From contig NMRA01000249.1 of the NCBI GenBank assembly GCA_002633005.1, positions 1-64,000 of the forward strand: a stretch of DNA of 64,000 bases, read 5' to 3'. Under the pieces are notes generated by a model that saw only the letters and a program-made list of their open reading frames with translations, did not search any database and was not told where the DNA came from. Positions 22,641-36,469 of the stretch are shown piece after piece. The stretch is from Phoronis australis (lineage: Eukaryota > Animalia > Phoronida). Within the stretch, counting starts at the first letter, position 1. Every line of letters starts with the position of its first letter. Both the position numbers and the translations under genes were made by a program.

Positions 22641-25401
22641 GTACCACCCTTTGAATGATTCCTGGTGGCCACGTTTCGCACAAGAAATTTCCAAAATGTC
22701 AATTTTCCATTTCCAATGGTTCATTACATTTGTTTGCAAATAATGGGAAATATAGAAAATGTTGTGTTATGACCTCGACACACCAAGCTTGGACCTTAAA
22801 TGGTTCTGAATCTTTATTTTTGTGGAGAAATTAAACAGAATATAATTTCACGTACAAAATAAGTAAAGAATTTCCGTACTTTATGAAATAACTTTTGATA
22901 ACATCGCTACGAAACGTTCCGCAACATCCACTGTAAATTCGAAGACACTTAGCCCGAAAACGACCCCTTTATATGTTACACTTTGGAGTCTAAAGAAGTT
23001 TAACTCATGTCAATGGTACAGTAGTGGTAATTACATGTGTATTCGGAAAATAACGACCCGAATGTATACATCGATGACGTGAGCCAATATTTTGAAGCCG
23101 GTGTGAATTGTGGTTTATTGGTGATAAATTTGTGTCAATGACCTCAACACACAACAACGTTGTGATACCGTTAACTGCTCGAGCAAGCAGGTGTGATATT
23201 AGATTTGTTCGACAAAACACTTGTAATTAGTGAAAAAGAGATGAAGACTGACCAGCTTATAGTAAATATGGTGTTTGTGACTTGCATAAACTTGCAACTG
23301 TGATTTTACGAACGGTCGCTGTCTGTTGCTTCTACAACCTGCCTTCCATCCCAACAAGAGCAATACGAAGTGTTAAAATGTGCCAAAGACTACATTGCAA
23401 ACGGCATATTTCCTGCGTTTTTCGTTAATTTATAACATAGCAACGTAGAGTGTTTATCCAAGCGGTGATAGCTATTTTAGACATTCCCAACAACGGGACC
23501 AATGCCAGTAAAAATAGCCTCTAATGGTTGTATAACAAGACAGCAATGCTCTCCTCTATAGTAAGACCCATGCCAAGATCTTAAAACTAAAATTGCCACT
23601 AGGGGCACAGGGCTAGTCAGATACGTCCAAAAGTTCTTTGCAAACCTAGAAAACGCTTGACATTTGAGCAAATATCGAACTGAAACTCGTTTTAATGGCA
23701 CTTAGTATGGTCTAACGAAAGTTCTTTGAATATGTGCGTCACGGGGGCATCTTCTGATTATATAACTGAAGTTGGTTCTCTAGCCAAAAGAACTCATCAC
23801 AGACCATCAGCCTCATGGGTCTATGGAAAAGTAAAGTCTAGCATAACAATAGTCCGGACTACTTACGTAAGAGCCATTCAGGAAAGGTGCCGACCAGGTG
23901 GGTGAGTTCTTAAGACTAGATTCCGATGGTGTTTATTTGCGTTTTCATTTCTCTCAAAAGTATATACTTTATGGGTCTGGAGCTATACAAAATTGCCCGT
24001 TTTCAACAAAAGTCCCGAAGGGCTTCCTATTTTCTTTGTGACATGATAGGTAAAAAAACTGCAACCATGTACTGATGTTTAACTTGAGATCTGTTTAGGT
24101 GACTAAAACCCATAAAATAGGATTACATGTATGTTAATTGGACACACCACGAAAGTATCATACACGGAACACGAAAACGAGCTAATGTTTTACAGTGTTG
24201 GGTATTTTTCGGACTGACTCTCCAAAGGTGCGAGAGTCGAAATCTTGAGGCGGCGTACACCTTCAAAAATATTGGCCTAGCTGTGTTAACGGGACCAATA
24301 GTAGCACCGCTGGTTGATCCTAAAAGGTAAGATATTCGCAAAAACTGACTTATCTACCGAAGCTTGAATGCCAGTCACACAAAATCACGAAGCTCCCGTG
24401 TGAGCACGTCACTACCATGGTGAGCAGGGTCAACCGGTTTCCTTGTATCTCCCGAGTAAGAAAATTTCTGTTATTTAGAAAGAAATGCCACCGTTGTTGT
24501 AAGGACAATTCGTTCTTACTCACTGCCAATAACACAAATTACAAAACCATGTTACTTAAACACACGAAACATGTCACAAACTTTATGATAGGAAATTATT
24601 TCCGTTCTTCGAATAATTCAGGGCACTAACAGGTATGCCTGCAACTGCCGGCAAGCCACCAAACGCAAAAGGGGTTATGACCAACCCTTTCAATGTTTGG
24701 GCATTTGACAGCATGGGAATCAAGATCTCTCGTAGTGTGGATGGACATCATGCGTCTTTTTGTGTCCAGTACCAGACGTAAACCCACCTCGACCATGTCT
24801 ACATCCTATTTCATGATTTTGGATGATAAATACAGAAGATTGACAAGATCTGTGACATAAATGCCCCTTTAAATGCACTTATAGCGAGAATCATAATACC
24901 TCAGTGTCGTACTCATAACTGAAAAATACGAATAGGAATGTTGTGTCTGTGTCTGTTTCCAGACCAGGTACTTACATGTATACTATAACTACATACAGTC
25001 GTGCCTCTACCACTAATGAACAAAAAGATCGATGCATAATAACGTTGACTAAGTCATATAAGCCAAGGGTCTATCGGGTTGACATTACTACGTGATGCCA
25101 TTTTATAGGGAGTATCAGACGTCCCTGTGTCAAATTTTTGAGAAAATGTGCAGTGCTTCTGGATATCTTCAAATTCATTGCATTAGGTGTTTTGAATCCA
25201 GCCTCGAAATTCTGGTTCATCAGCTACCTGTTATTTTACTTGATAGTCGTATCTTGGTAAGACTGTGATTGGGTGTAAAACATATTTGTGTGAATCGATT
25301 CCAAAATGGAGGATTAAAATCTAAATTCTATAATTTTCATCACATTTTCGAAATGTCACAGACAGCTACACAGGTATAGTGTAGATCAATACTGAACTCA
25401 C

Positions 25402-25540
25402 CTATGACACCTGGAGACAGCACGCTGTTATCGCCCGGCGAAGGTGTAGTGTTTTAGCAGTATGAAGCTATGTAAAATCCACCGCCCAAAGTTGTTTCAC
25501 TGAGTCACACACGTTAATAACTGGTCCACGCCCAAGACAA
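25402..25540 (-). promoter_or_regulatory. Candidate non-coding first exon and promoter of the repeat-protein gene
   Basis: Strong donor CATAG|GTGAGT at 25402/25401 with no ATG in the short upstream stretch. Inr-like TCATACT (~25463), GC box GGGCGG (~25482-25487), AP-1 site TGAGTCA (25501-25507) and GGGCGTGG (~25526-25533). The ATG exon has a real acceptor, so an upstream exon is required; assigning it to this site is inference. Confidence 0.35.
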
Positions 25541-26777
25541 GTCCTCCCCACCTATGTCCGAGCGCTTTCTATTCATCCGCAAATAACCAAAGCCTATTGA
25601 CCACAGCAGAATGACGTCTCCAATGCAAACAAGCGGCAGAATGCTCTTACGTAACCCAAGTGGACTACTTGTGGGCGAATATATTGTGACACGGCATTAT
25701 GTCTGCGAAAACCTTCTTTTGTGTGCTGTAACGCATTGCCTGGAGCTATCAATCGGGAGGAGGAGCCCGACTGGTCAATTTTTATCTCACGGACATTGTC
25801 CCTCTTTTCACCTTTTCTTGATTGAGCTTACGCCATATTGCCGGAAGGCAGAATGAGATTTATAAAATGTTTTCGACATTTGACTTTGACATAGGAACTA
25901 CAGTTCACCATGAATCCAGATTAGTTAGCGAGCCAAGAGCGATGATTCTTCGTTGATTAACAAGAAATTTGTAGTTTTCTGGGGTTAATCGATACAACCT
26001 TTCATCATTTTTTCGTGTGATCTACGGGGTTACAACATTCTTTTATGTGAACGAAAATTGCCCTCAAATTTACGTTTGCTTCCTGTGAAGTTAACGAAGG
26101 TCGTAAGCGATTTGTAGACCAAGTTTTGTGTGTGAATGATTACGCAAAACCACGCTAAGTGACAAGCGAGTGCATCGCGACTATGCTCGAGAATTGAGCC
26201 CTGAAGCCAGTGCGCCACTACTGAAGTGATTTGTCGGGTCAGTAACGGATATAACTCATTGGTCGGGTAGGTGAGAACGTTTTTACGGGATAAAGCATAT
26301 GGAATGGAACTCACTGCATCTGTTCTACGAGATTTTTCGCCGCGAGTGCGAGCTATCTCGTGTCTGTGGAACGCAGCCCTGAGTATTCATGTTCGTTTTT
26401 TGGCATGTCTATCCTCGCCGTAATTTTTGCTAAATCATATCAGATTGAAGGCAACATATTGAAAAATATTGTGCTATCAAAAGCGATTTCTAATACATTG
26501 TTTAGATCCAAACCTGCGAAAGATATTACAATGGGTACAAATTCTGATGCACTGGCCAAAGGCTCTAGCTTTGAGTGTGGCAGTGCGGCACGCAGGACCA
26601 CGACCCCGCAGGTGTGAATCTGTAAGATTTACAATACCTGCCAGAGAAAAAATGAGTAATTGCTCTGTCCTGGTCACACTGTTTCAAAGTTTCATTCCTA
26701 TTAAATTAAAAAGTCTGACATTCTAATTATCAAGCGTAGAGAGTGCTAGATCAAAGATTATGTCACTAAAAATAATG

Positions 26778-26814
26778 ATATATACATATACATATACATA
26801 TATATATATATATA
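26778..26814. repeat. Imperfect (TA)/(TACATA) microsatellite
   Basis: atatatacatatacatatacatatatatata... Confidence 0.85.
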
Positions 26815-29800
26815 GATATGAGTTAACAGTGGATTTACCAACATCCGAAAATGTTAAGCTGCCTAGTACGTGTAATGCCTTAAACACTTTTTAACTAGTN
26901 GGGGGGGTAACTACGTTTTGATTTCACGCTCGTAGCATGGGTCGTTCCGGTCCCCACCAGTTTCCATGTTTTTGTTGTGAGCTAGATTTGTTTTTCATTC
27001 ATTTCAGTCTCGTATAGTACATAGATGTTCAGTGCCACTGTAAAGTCTAAACGTGTCACTGGCCAGAGTTCTTCGGGCTGTACATTTCTGTGAACAGGGC
27101 TTTGTACCGCATACAGACACAAGGCATTAACCTTGCAATGCGGCGAGTAATATGCGAACGGGAAACAGTGAACTATTTCTCATAACTTATTAATTCTATC
27201 CCATAATTCATTCTGAACCTGTACCATCATTCATTTCCGAGATTGGACCATTTCGGTAGTAAAGGTCTCGAACATGATGCTTGCGCGATTTCCGTGGTCT
27301 TTTTGCAATAAACTTGGTCTACGGAAACGCTACTGTGGGGCTAACCCTCTTCATATTCAGGCAGCTCACCACCTTCTCATAGAGAAAAAATATTTCTTTG
27401 TTGGGGCACGAATCAACCCTGCTCTAGCACATTATTCTTTGTCGTAAAAAGTTGCTATTCCTTCATACGCCGTTCCCATCTCTCGCGCTACTTCACGGTT
27501 GCGTGATGGGAAATCCCTAAGCGTAAGATAAGTGCGTAAAGTCTTCACTTTCCCGTCGTTAAGCAGTCATTTCTGCCTTCAATACATAAATATAAACCAA
27601 AATCACATCAAATATTCGTTATGTTGGCAATTTTGTTAAGGTACAGCGAAAATGCTCTCTTTGTACGCGATTGTACCTGTTAATTGTCCTCATATCTAGA
27701 ATCATCAAATTCGATAAACTGGATAGCATTCACAGCATATAGTAAAAATGACAAGTTTTATTTGACTTTACAATATTCAAATAATTCGTTTTAAAAATGG
27801 AACAACAACGTGGGAGGTTAACGCGAAAACAGTGACAACGGCTCGATTGACGAATTTGTCCGTGAGTGGGGCAGGTTGGTCGTGCAGAGTGGTTTACAGG
27901 CACTCAATAGTTTTTGCTGACTTTGGTCTTGGCAGCTCCAACAGTCTATTCCACGCAGTGTAGGTGTATAGAACCAGAAAATATGAATGTATCTGCACAC
28001 ATTAAAAAAATTTTCAAAGTCTATTGAAGACGATTCTAAAGTCAATTATCCATCATTTACTACTACCGAAAGTACAAGCGGCTACTTAGGAAACGAACGA
28101 AATTACAACAAATCATCCGTTTTTACCCGAAAGCCAACATTTGAATGCAATTATTACTAACTGAGAGACAGTGCACTCTCTAGATTACCGTGGCAGAAAT
28201 CAGGTGAGAGGTAGGTGTTGACCATGACCAGCTAGATTACTTCAAATCTTAAGGGTACCAGAACATCCTGCTGAATTTCAACTTCCCCCCAGCTTTAAGA
28301 GCACCAAAACTCTGCAAACACTGTGTCAAGGGTTCAACAATTGGCAATCTTACATTCATAACAAATTAAAAAATCACGCAAATCCCACTCGTAGCCTTCA
28401 TATGTACGCCGTAGCACGAAACTTAAAGGACCCAGTAGGAGCTACTTTTTATTGAAAATGGGGCAACTAAATTTAACCGTGTCTCAAAAAAACCCTTAGA
28501 GTGCCACCTATGTCCGCTTTAGGCGAGAAGTACCGCGGGAAGGATTGGTGTGAGATTTCGCAAGAACGGAGTAACGTGCATGAGAGGAAAGCGAGATCAC
28601 GCAAGACGACTCAAAATCACGCGATCGAAGACGGTGTTTCGCAAGCATGCCCGAGCCAGTGTCTTTCCAGCTTAATCTAGCAAATTGTCGGTGGAGCTAG
28701 AAAGTTGATTATCGAACAGGATTTACTGTTTCCTTTCCATGACAAGTGTGGTCCTCCCAACAACACTGAGGCTAGAATGTCCGAATGCCCGATTTACACA
28801 GACAACACTTTAGGAACTGCTGCGTACTGGCACGTGATTGTGATACGTTAGTGCTGCGTGACAAAAGTCTTCCCACACTGCCGGAAAACTCAGTTTAATT
28901 TTGCTCTTGAGCTCCTGTTCATCATTGCAAAGTGCCCCCTGATGGCCAGTTATCCCAGTCCCCCGGTCTTAAACAGTTTTGCGTCTATGCCCCAAGGTAT
29001 ACTTCTAGCTACATGTCCATTCTTTTTGTCACTGTGCTACCGACACGAAAAAACGAACAAGCTCAGTAAAATATCGCCGCATATTAGAAAATCTCCAAGC
29101 TCCCGGTCACTGACTGATGAAATTGGTGTTACTTAGCATAGGCGGATTTAGGGGGGAGGCCCCCCCCCTTGGCTGCCGCAAAAAATAAAAGTTCATTAAG
29201 TAACCCCGGTAATTAACATGCGGCTGAGGGGTGGGGGAGGGTTCAGGCCCCATTGCAAGTGCCCGATGCCATCCCTCAAGACAGGCAGACCAGCTTTTCG
29301 ACTGGACAAATTAGGCCTCACATTGGCAAACCGTCAAAGACGCGTTGTTGTAAGATCCTTTTAGGCAAGGAGGTCACATTTGGGGGCCGCCAATGTCTTT
29401 AAATCCTTCCAACTCGAAAAAATACTTTGGTGTGGTAATGGTGCCATTTTGTACGAGAGTTACGACCACGGCGTAAAGTTTTGAGCACTATTAAACACTC
29501 TGCGGATCACCATGTAGATCGTTATTGACTGACTCAGTCTTGAGGTCATGCATGTCGACCTCAATATAATAAAAAATAAAAAAACGAGCCCCTATTTGGC
29601 GAAGTGGGTAAGACAGGTCCGTCTCAGAAAAACAAAAACTCCGAAATAGGCAGAAAATGAGACACAAGTCTACTAAAAGACAGGAACTACCTAAATTCGG
29701 CGAATGCACAATCCATAGCCGTGAACGTACCTCGTTTTTAGTAAAAGGTCCACATTCTCCAAATTTTGAGGCCCCCGTTTTTTAGTCTGGGTGGCAAAGG

Positions 29801-32800
29801 TGCTGAAAATATCAGCGACCATAGATACGGGGGTGAATGGGTTTTTTTACCTACGATTGAATTTACCTCCCACATTTCATTAAAATCTGGCGCCTGCTGA
29901 GGTGGTCAGATATTTTAAATCATTAGAAACTTTGCCCATACCGGGACTGTGTGTACCTCGTAATTAGTAAAATTGTACACAGTTTGTAGCATACAGTTTT
30001 TCGATATCGGCTTCAGTTGTAAGTAGCAGGACAATAGCCGCATCAGAAATGACTTCGGGGCCACAAAATACTGACTGAAACCAATGAAACTATGGTGGAC
30101 TGAATCTGCTGCTTATCCGTCTGCTTGACCTCTGAAATTGTAGTTGTGTTGGACTCGTTTATATCGAAGAAATGCGACAGGTATTTGCCAAAACTATTTA
30201 ATTGAAGCCTTTGATAGCGGGTGATGAATGTAGTGTCACTGAACTAATTCCGGAGTAGTTAATGGGTTTACAGCGGGTGAGGTCTAACAAAAGATCGCCA
30301 GAACCCCTTACAATGGGCTAGGTTGTTATCTGAACTTGAAAATCGCTTTCGTGTGGATTGGACACTGCACAGGAGATAATAGTAATGGTTGAGTGCTGCA
30401 TTTGAAGACTAGTACGATTGACATTTGTTATAAAATTGAGGTATTCTTCGAACAGGCACTTTGATCTACCTGGTCAATCGATTTACACTTTTTACTTGAT
30501 TTCTGAAGAGTTTTGAAAGTCTGAAAGCACCGTCTCTCCATCCGTAATATTCGTATGCAAATGGTGGCTTTGGGGTAAAAATTGCTGACTTTTTCGGTTT
30601 TTAAGTAGCCAGCTGCCCTTCCCGTATAGCTTTTGGCGTGTAAAATTCCCAATCATTTTCATGACCACCTTGAACACACGCCATCATGCAAGCGTTGGAA
30701 AAACGTCCCTTTTGTGCGACACACATGTACTACTATAGTAGTTCACTGGCCATTTGCACATTTCATCAAATGCATTCTTCGTCCGCCTTCCCGCTTTTTT
30801 ATTTTCTTATTACAAAGAAAACGACTTTGCTGACTTTAGTATGCTGCTACCGATGCCAGTAGTGTTTTTGAGTCATTGTGAAAGTGTGTTGGATTTCACA
30901 TACATGCTCGTTAGATACAATGGTTGTCGGTAACAATAAAACGGTCAGTAATCACACACCGCCACTAAAGAATAATCGAATGAGGGATCTCATTTCGTTC
31001 AAATAAACAATTTGCACACAATATTTCGGGCTCGTCAATTGTTATGAAACTTTCAGCGATACCGCACATGCAATCAAAGCTACTGATTGTCCAATGCAAA
31101 TTTTACGCAGCATGATGTGAAGCAATCGACTGCGTGCTAAATACGTGTGCATTTTGTGAACAAGAAGACTGCTGCTTTCGCAACTTCGGGAAGGTTAGAT
31201 CAACAGTGTGGTTACCAAGCCCTGCATCTACTTATATTCATCGTACGACTGGGCTCCAGTACGGCTTTTTCAGTGAAAGATGGAATGTCTTCTGTTTGTA
31301 TTATGTTAGAACAGTTCTTGAGAAAACAAGTAGGCATGGCTACAAAAGCGTATCTGGCATTTTGACAAGTTTCAAACGTTCTGCTATGTACTTTTCGAAA
31401 TTTTCATTAATTGTGTTCTGTACGGCACAGGTTTTTCTAAATCCATTGTTTTCGTTTGCGAGATAGTCCAAGATCAATTCCGTGAGAAATGTCCGGATAT
31501 AGGAGATTCCAGAAGAGTCGATTCTTTTCTTCGAAAGAAGAACGTATTGTACTCAGTGCAAACATCGCTTTTCTTGTTCCCCATACGATGGCGATGCAAA
31601 GTTTACATTTAAACCAGATGTATATTTGCGAATGGTGTATATTTATGTACGCAAAACTGCTGCATATAAACGGGGCTAGAAATGAAAAAGCGTGTTACAG
31701 TTTTGTTGTGACCCATTTATAGCTCGCCTTCTACTCCCCCATTTTGTTTGATATGAGTTCATATCAGGCTGGTGATAAATGATCATAATTCACGGCATTA
31801 GTCATTGACAACCTTTTTGATAATTTGCCAAGCGATAAGAAATCACCTTAACTCATGGGCAAAAACGCTATCGGTACATCTTTGTGTGTTGCAGCGAATA
31901 TTTCACCCTTACGTTTTGTTTAATACCCAGATCTCCCGCGCTTCATCATGAAGTCCTGCTTATCAATCCCGTTGTCCTGCTTTCGTTTTTTCGCTCATGA
32001 ATATTGATCGTGACAACTATGCAACATGTGTTCAAAATAACATTGTCTTTTTCAATGAATATTTATTATTTTCCAGAGTCCACTTTCTTTAGTAACATTA
32101 CTGACAAACGTCTCTTGTGTACGGTACATGTATGAGGATCACTAACTTTTACTTTCTGAAGAAAATAGTTTATTTCACTGCACGCTATGTGATGAATTAT
32201 CCACAGCACATTTCAAAGCCACGTGATAGATGCTTGCCCATTTCTTTATCAATCAGAAAACCTTTATCTGCCGCAAATTTCGGATTGATTCTTGAAGTAA
32301 TTTTTCATAAATGTCACTGTATTCTGATTTTTTACTGAAAATGTAATTGTATCAAACGGCACCAAAGGTCAAATTAATTATAATATATAAATGTTTCTAT
32401 GTTTGGATGGATGCCTGACTAAATTATCCTCAGAAGGTGTGAGGGATCCATATTCTGAAACCTTTATCTTAATAGGATAGAAATCTTTCGAACCATTGAA
32501 ATTATTTCCCTAATGGCTTACTAGTCATTTTTATATAACCTCTCTGGTTTATTTCCTTTATGATGTTGCTATTACACGCTTTTCTTTTTCGCATTTTGGT
32601 AACACTCTTGGTTTTTAGAATTTTTAAACCAGTCAGGTATACGAAATGATGATTACTTATGAATTAAATTATCTATCTTTTGTTTCTGGTTTTATCATCA
32701 AGAACTGACAAAAGGCTTTCTAAGTTCTGACTCTTATGCAATTCGGTTAAAAACGGCGAAGTGGCGAACCGTTTTAACGACGGCAAATTCCATAGCAAGT

Positions 32801-35247
32801 GCACACACCGGAACAAATGAATGCAAACAACTCTCACGCATGGGCGGCGCAATCTCAGCGGTCGCGAGATCGGTCTATAATTATTTTTTTTTTGATAATA
32901 TACCAAATTACAATAATAAATACAGTAATAGAAAAAAGATACAAGGAATTTAAAAAGTAATTATGTACACTATCTGGATAACACCGAAAAGTTAAAAACT
33001 TATTTCCGTGGCGGTCTTTATTCAAATTAAAAATTAAAGAAAATAAATATTGCGAATGAATAATAAATTGTGAAAAATCATACAGGAGGAATGGGAGATG
33101 GGAAAGAAACTAGGTGAAAATGAGTTGAAAAAAGACTGTAGAATTAAGGGACATGATAGATGACAAATAAATAAAAAAATAAATAGATTTATAGATAAAT
33201 AGATTAATAAACTCGGAGTTATCTCTTCTCTCAATATGGCTAAATAGATATTGTCTGACTTTTTCGTTTAAAAATACTTAAACCAGTAATATCTCTCAGG
33301 TGGCCAGGAAGTGAATTTGACATTGTGACGTCAACTTTGATCGAAACCATTACCGGACGGTTACCTTATACGATGTTCTGGGATAGCTTTCCGTTACCAG
33401 ACTGCTAGACACATCGTTTTGAATAATTTGAAATGTTTAACGAAGACTACTTATGAATTGATTGAGGCGAGACATGTTAAGAGCTACGATTCATTCGGAT
33501 TAACTGATTAAAACGAATAACAAACTAGGCCTTTAGCTCTCATTAATCGGTTACTTCCAATGTGCCTGCTAATGCGTATATGCACCACTTTCGAATTTAG
33601 GATTGATCTGTCCCAATTATCTCTGGAGCGTTTTCTTAATTGAATCACCGATGGTTTCCATGTTCTTGTTGATGTCACGGTAAGAAAGGATTCGTTTATC
33701 AGAGCAAAACGGGACTTTTTCGCTTTTTGTTTTTCATGGCCAGCCAAAACAGTACGAGGTACAGTTTAACTTCACTTGGTAGAATATGAAAAGGCGCTTT
33801 GACTGTCCTCTTTTGGTGTGTTACTTTTTATTTAAATTTGATATTTAGTAACCTGCCTGTTTCGAGTTCAGTTAATGAACCTTCGTTATTTTTCCGATCA
33901 ACAATGTCACCGATTTGACGGACAAGCGACACAAGAAAAATATATATTGAGTAGAATATAACAGATATCCTGTAATGTGTTTTTATCACCGATCAATAAT
34001 GATGATTGTTTGACGTAAGTTTTGTATCACGTGTTTAGAAAATGAACCTTCACTATGAATCCCTTCCATTACATTTCACACGTTTCAATTAAAAGTAGCG
34101 GAGATACGCGATAAATCCTTAAGTTTATTTTTAAAGAAGAGTGCGCAAGGTTGCCTTTCTTGTAAAAAGTAGAAGATCGTGAGGATTCTGTATACAAAAA
34201 CTGTTAATGATGCTTCTTTACAAAGTTAACGTGATCGATCAGCTTGCTGTTCATAACCGAATTATCCATGGCAAATACTAGCGTATGACGTAAAGTTCCT
34301 ATGCCGCGTGCTGTCACGGTATTTTGATAAAACCATTTGTCTTTTCATGTCCGTTACATTTCAGAGTTTTCGAAGTTGCACTGAATGACAAGTTTCTTAC
34401 TCCACCACGAAGTTTTTAGTGAAACGTGAACACGTTGTGAAGTCATTCCGCACTACGTCTTCTATACCAATCCCTTGTACATGTATAGCGTCACTTTGAC
34501 ACAAAGCAAAATGGTAAAAAGTGCCATTCAAATTTTAGATGTTATTTTCCTTAAATGGGCCGGTCTATCGGGGATGAATGCCGAATGTTTTCCTTAGCTC
34601 TTTCGAAACATCATTCGTCAGTTTCTGCACCACATTATTATGAACATATGAAGACAGTCGTGAATTTGCAACCAAATTCCAGAACAAACCATATTTTGGA
34701 ATAAATCGAACTATTAAGGCGATCCTGAAGTTCCGTGGATATTCACTGACGTCTTGATAATCGTTTTTTCACACATTCCGTTCATTTCATTCAAAATACT
34801 TATTAATGGTGCATTATTGCTTGGTCCTCGATTTAGTTTCCATTTTAAAACTTCGAATTTGGCTTAACTGGAGAACAAAAGCATTTGATCTGTTACATAC
34901 CTACTCACAGAAAGTCGCCATTGTGGTGCCACTTAACTGACTTGTTTTCGAATGGAAGTCCCGTGCGGCAACTTCGAATTTCCAGGCTTAATGGCCAACT
35001 CCAATGAGATTAAACGACTTTCTAATGCGTTTCATGACCTGTTGTGGGTTCATACATTATTCTTGGTAATAGTGGAGAATTTGAATCCCAGTTTATGAGA
35101 GTAAATGCCCTTCGTCTTTTAACACCTTTCATTCGGAATGAGATTTTTCTCAAATAAATGACCTTCGAAAAAAGGACTTAAATTGAATACTTAATAAGGT
35201 ATTGCCTAGACAATACCACACTAGCAAATTCATTAAGTGGTGTATCC

Positions 35248-35252
<5 letters not shown>

Positions 35253-35305
<53 letters not shown>

Positions 35306-35319
35306 CACACACACACACA
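35253..35319. repeat. (AC)n microsatellite
   Basis: About 33 units with one interruption. Confidence 0.97.
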
Positions 35320-36330
35320 TATATATAGGATAGACCACTCAAAAGAACGACGTCAATTATATATCATATACGTATACTTTATTTCGAATCATAACACACA
35401 TATTCAAGATGTTCGCGTGTGTTTTTATCTGGCATGGCAACCAAAACAACAACAAAAACCTAGGCCAAAATCTATCCAACATTGCAAGTACCTTGCAAGT
35501 GAGCCTATTTTACAATAAGTAAAAACTAAATTTTGTAATTGATCAAGCTGTAGAATATTTCGTTCACATAAGAAACTTTTAGTAAAACAAAAATTATATT
35601 GTATTCCAATTGTTTTTAGAAGAGTCAGAAAAATCAAACAAAGCTAATTTAGTTGATACAGAGATATCCACATTAGAACACTGTTTAGCAAATGTCATAA
35701 AATAACGTGAATGTCAATAAAAACGAAAGCCAAATGTTTAATACGTATTTTTATACGTATATTTAACCATTTAACTTAAAACTATTAGAACTACACCGCA
35801 GAGACACTTTGCAAAAAGTTTCCTTGTTTTGGAAAGCAGAGGTTACAAGTGATATTTTTGTAAAAATCACAAAATGCAATAAAATTTCCGAGAGACTAAA
35901 AAAATATCTGTTTTTTTTTCGAATTTTAGAATCGTATCTATGTAGTGGTGCATTTTTGTACCCATTTAGAAACGTAACATAGAAAACCAAACAGCTTTAA
36001 CACCTACCTTAAATCCACAGGAGTATTTCAACACTACAAGCCCCAAAAACACGTTTCAGGGACCTTAGTTCAGAAAGTGCACTGATAACTATTTACGTCG
36101 CCATTTTTCAAGTGGAATAAGATTGAAAATCGGTCTAAATTGAAAAAATCAATTGAGTATCTGGTAAATATTTAATTCAACTGTTATATTTTTTCCACTC
36201 CAAATTCTCATCAGTAACGTTTTAAGCACGGATTGCAGTTAGTTTACGAAGAAGACTTCATGTATGCAGTAACTCCTTTCTTGACGTAGTGATAGTTTGA
36301 TGATAATTTCAAAATGATGTTGGCAGTCCA

Positions 36331-36469
36331 CAGGGGCGGATTTAATGGGGGGGGGGGGCTTTCCATTTATGGCAGNNNNNNNNNGGGGGTGCGAATGTCT
36401 GACCGTCATAATCCTGGCTAATACTCTGCTCTGCCCCCCCCCCAACTCAAAACCCTGGATCCGCCCCTG
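36331..36469. mobile_element. Short MITE with perfect 11-bp TIR
   Basis: CAGGGGCGGAT ... ATCCGCCCCTG; flanks GTCCA / GTCTA (imperfect 5-bp TSD); contains a 9-N gap. Confidence 0.75.

Noticed and set aside
23180-23287. Minus-strand hydrophobic peptide MQVTNTIFTISWSVFISFSLITS as an alternative signal-peptide exon
   Set aside because: The best donor is in the wrong phase and the phase-1 option is weak; the exon at 17755-17818 fits far better
25900-32100. Possible hidden gene or transposon ORFs (e.g. 26030-26726, 30428-31722)
   Set aside because: Short ORFs with no recognisable motifs or consistent splice chain; may be decayed elements but I cannot support a call
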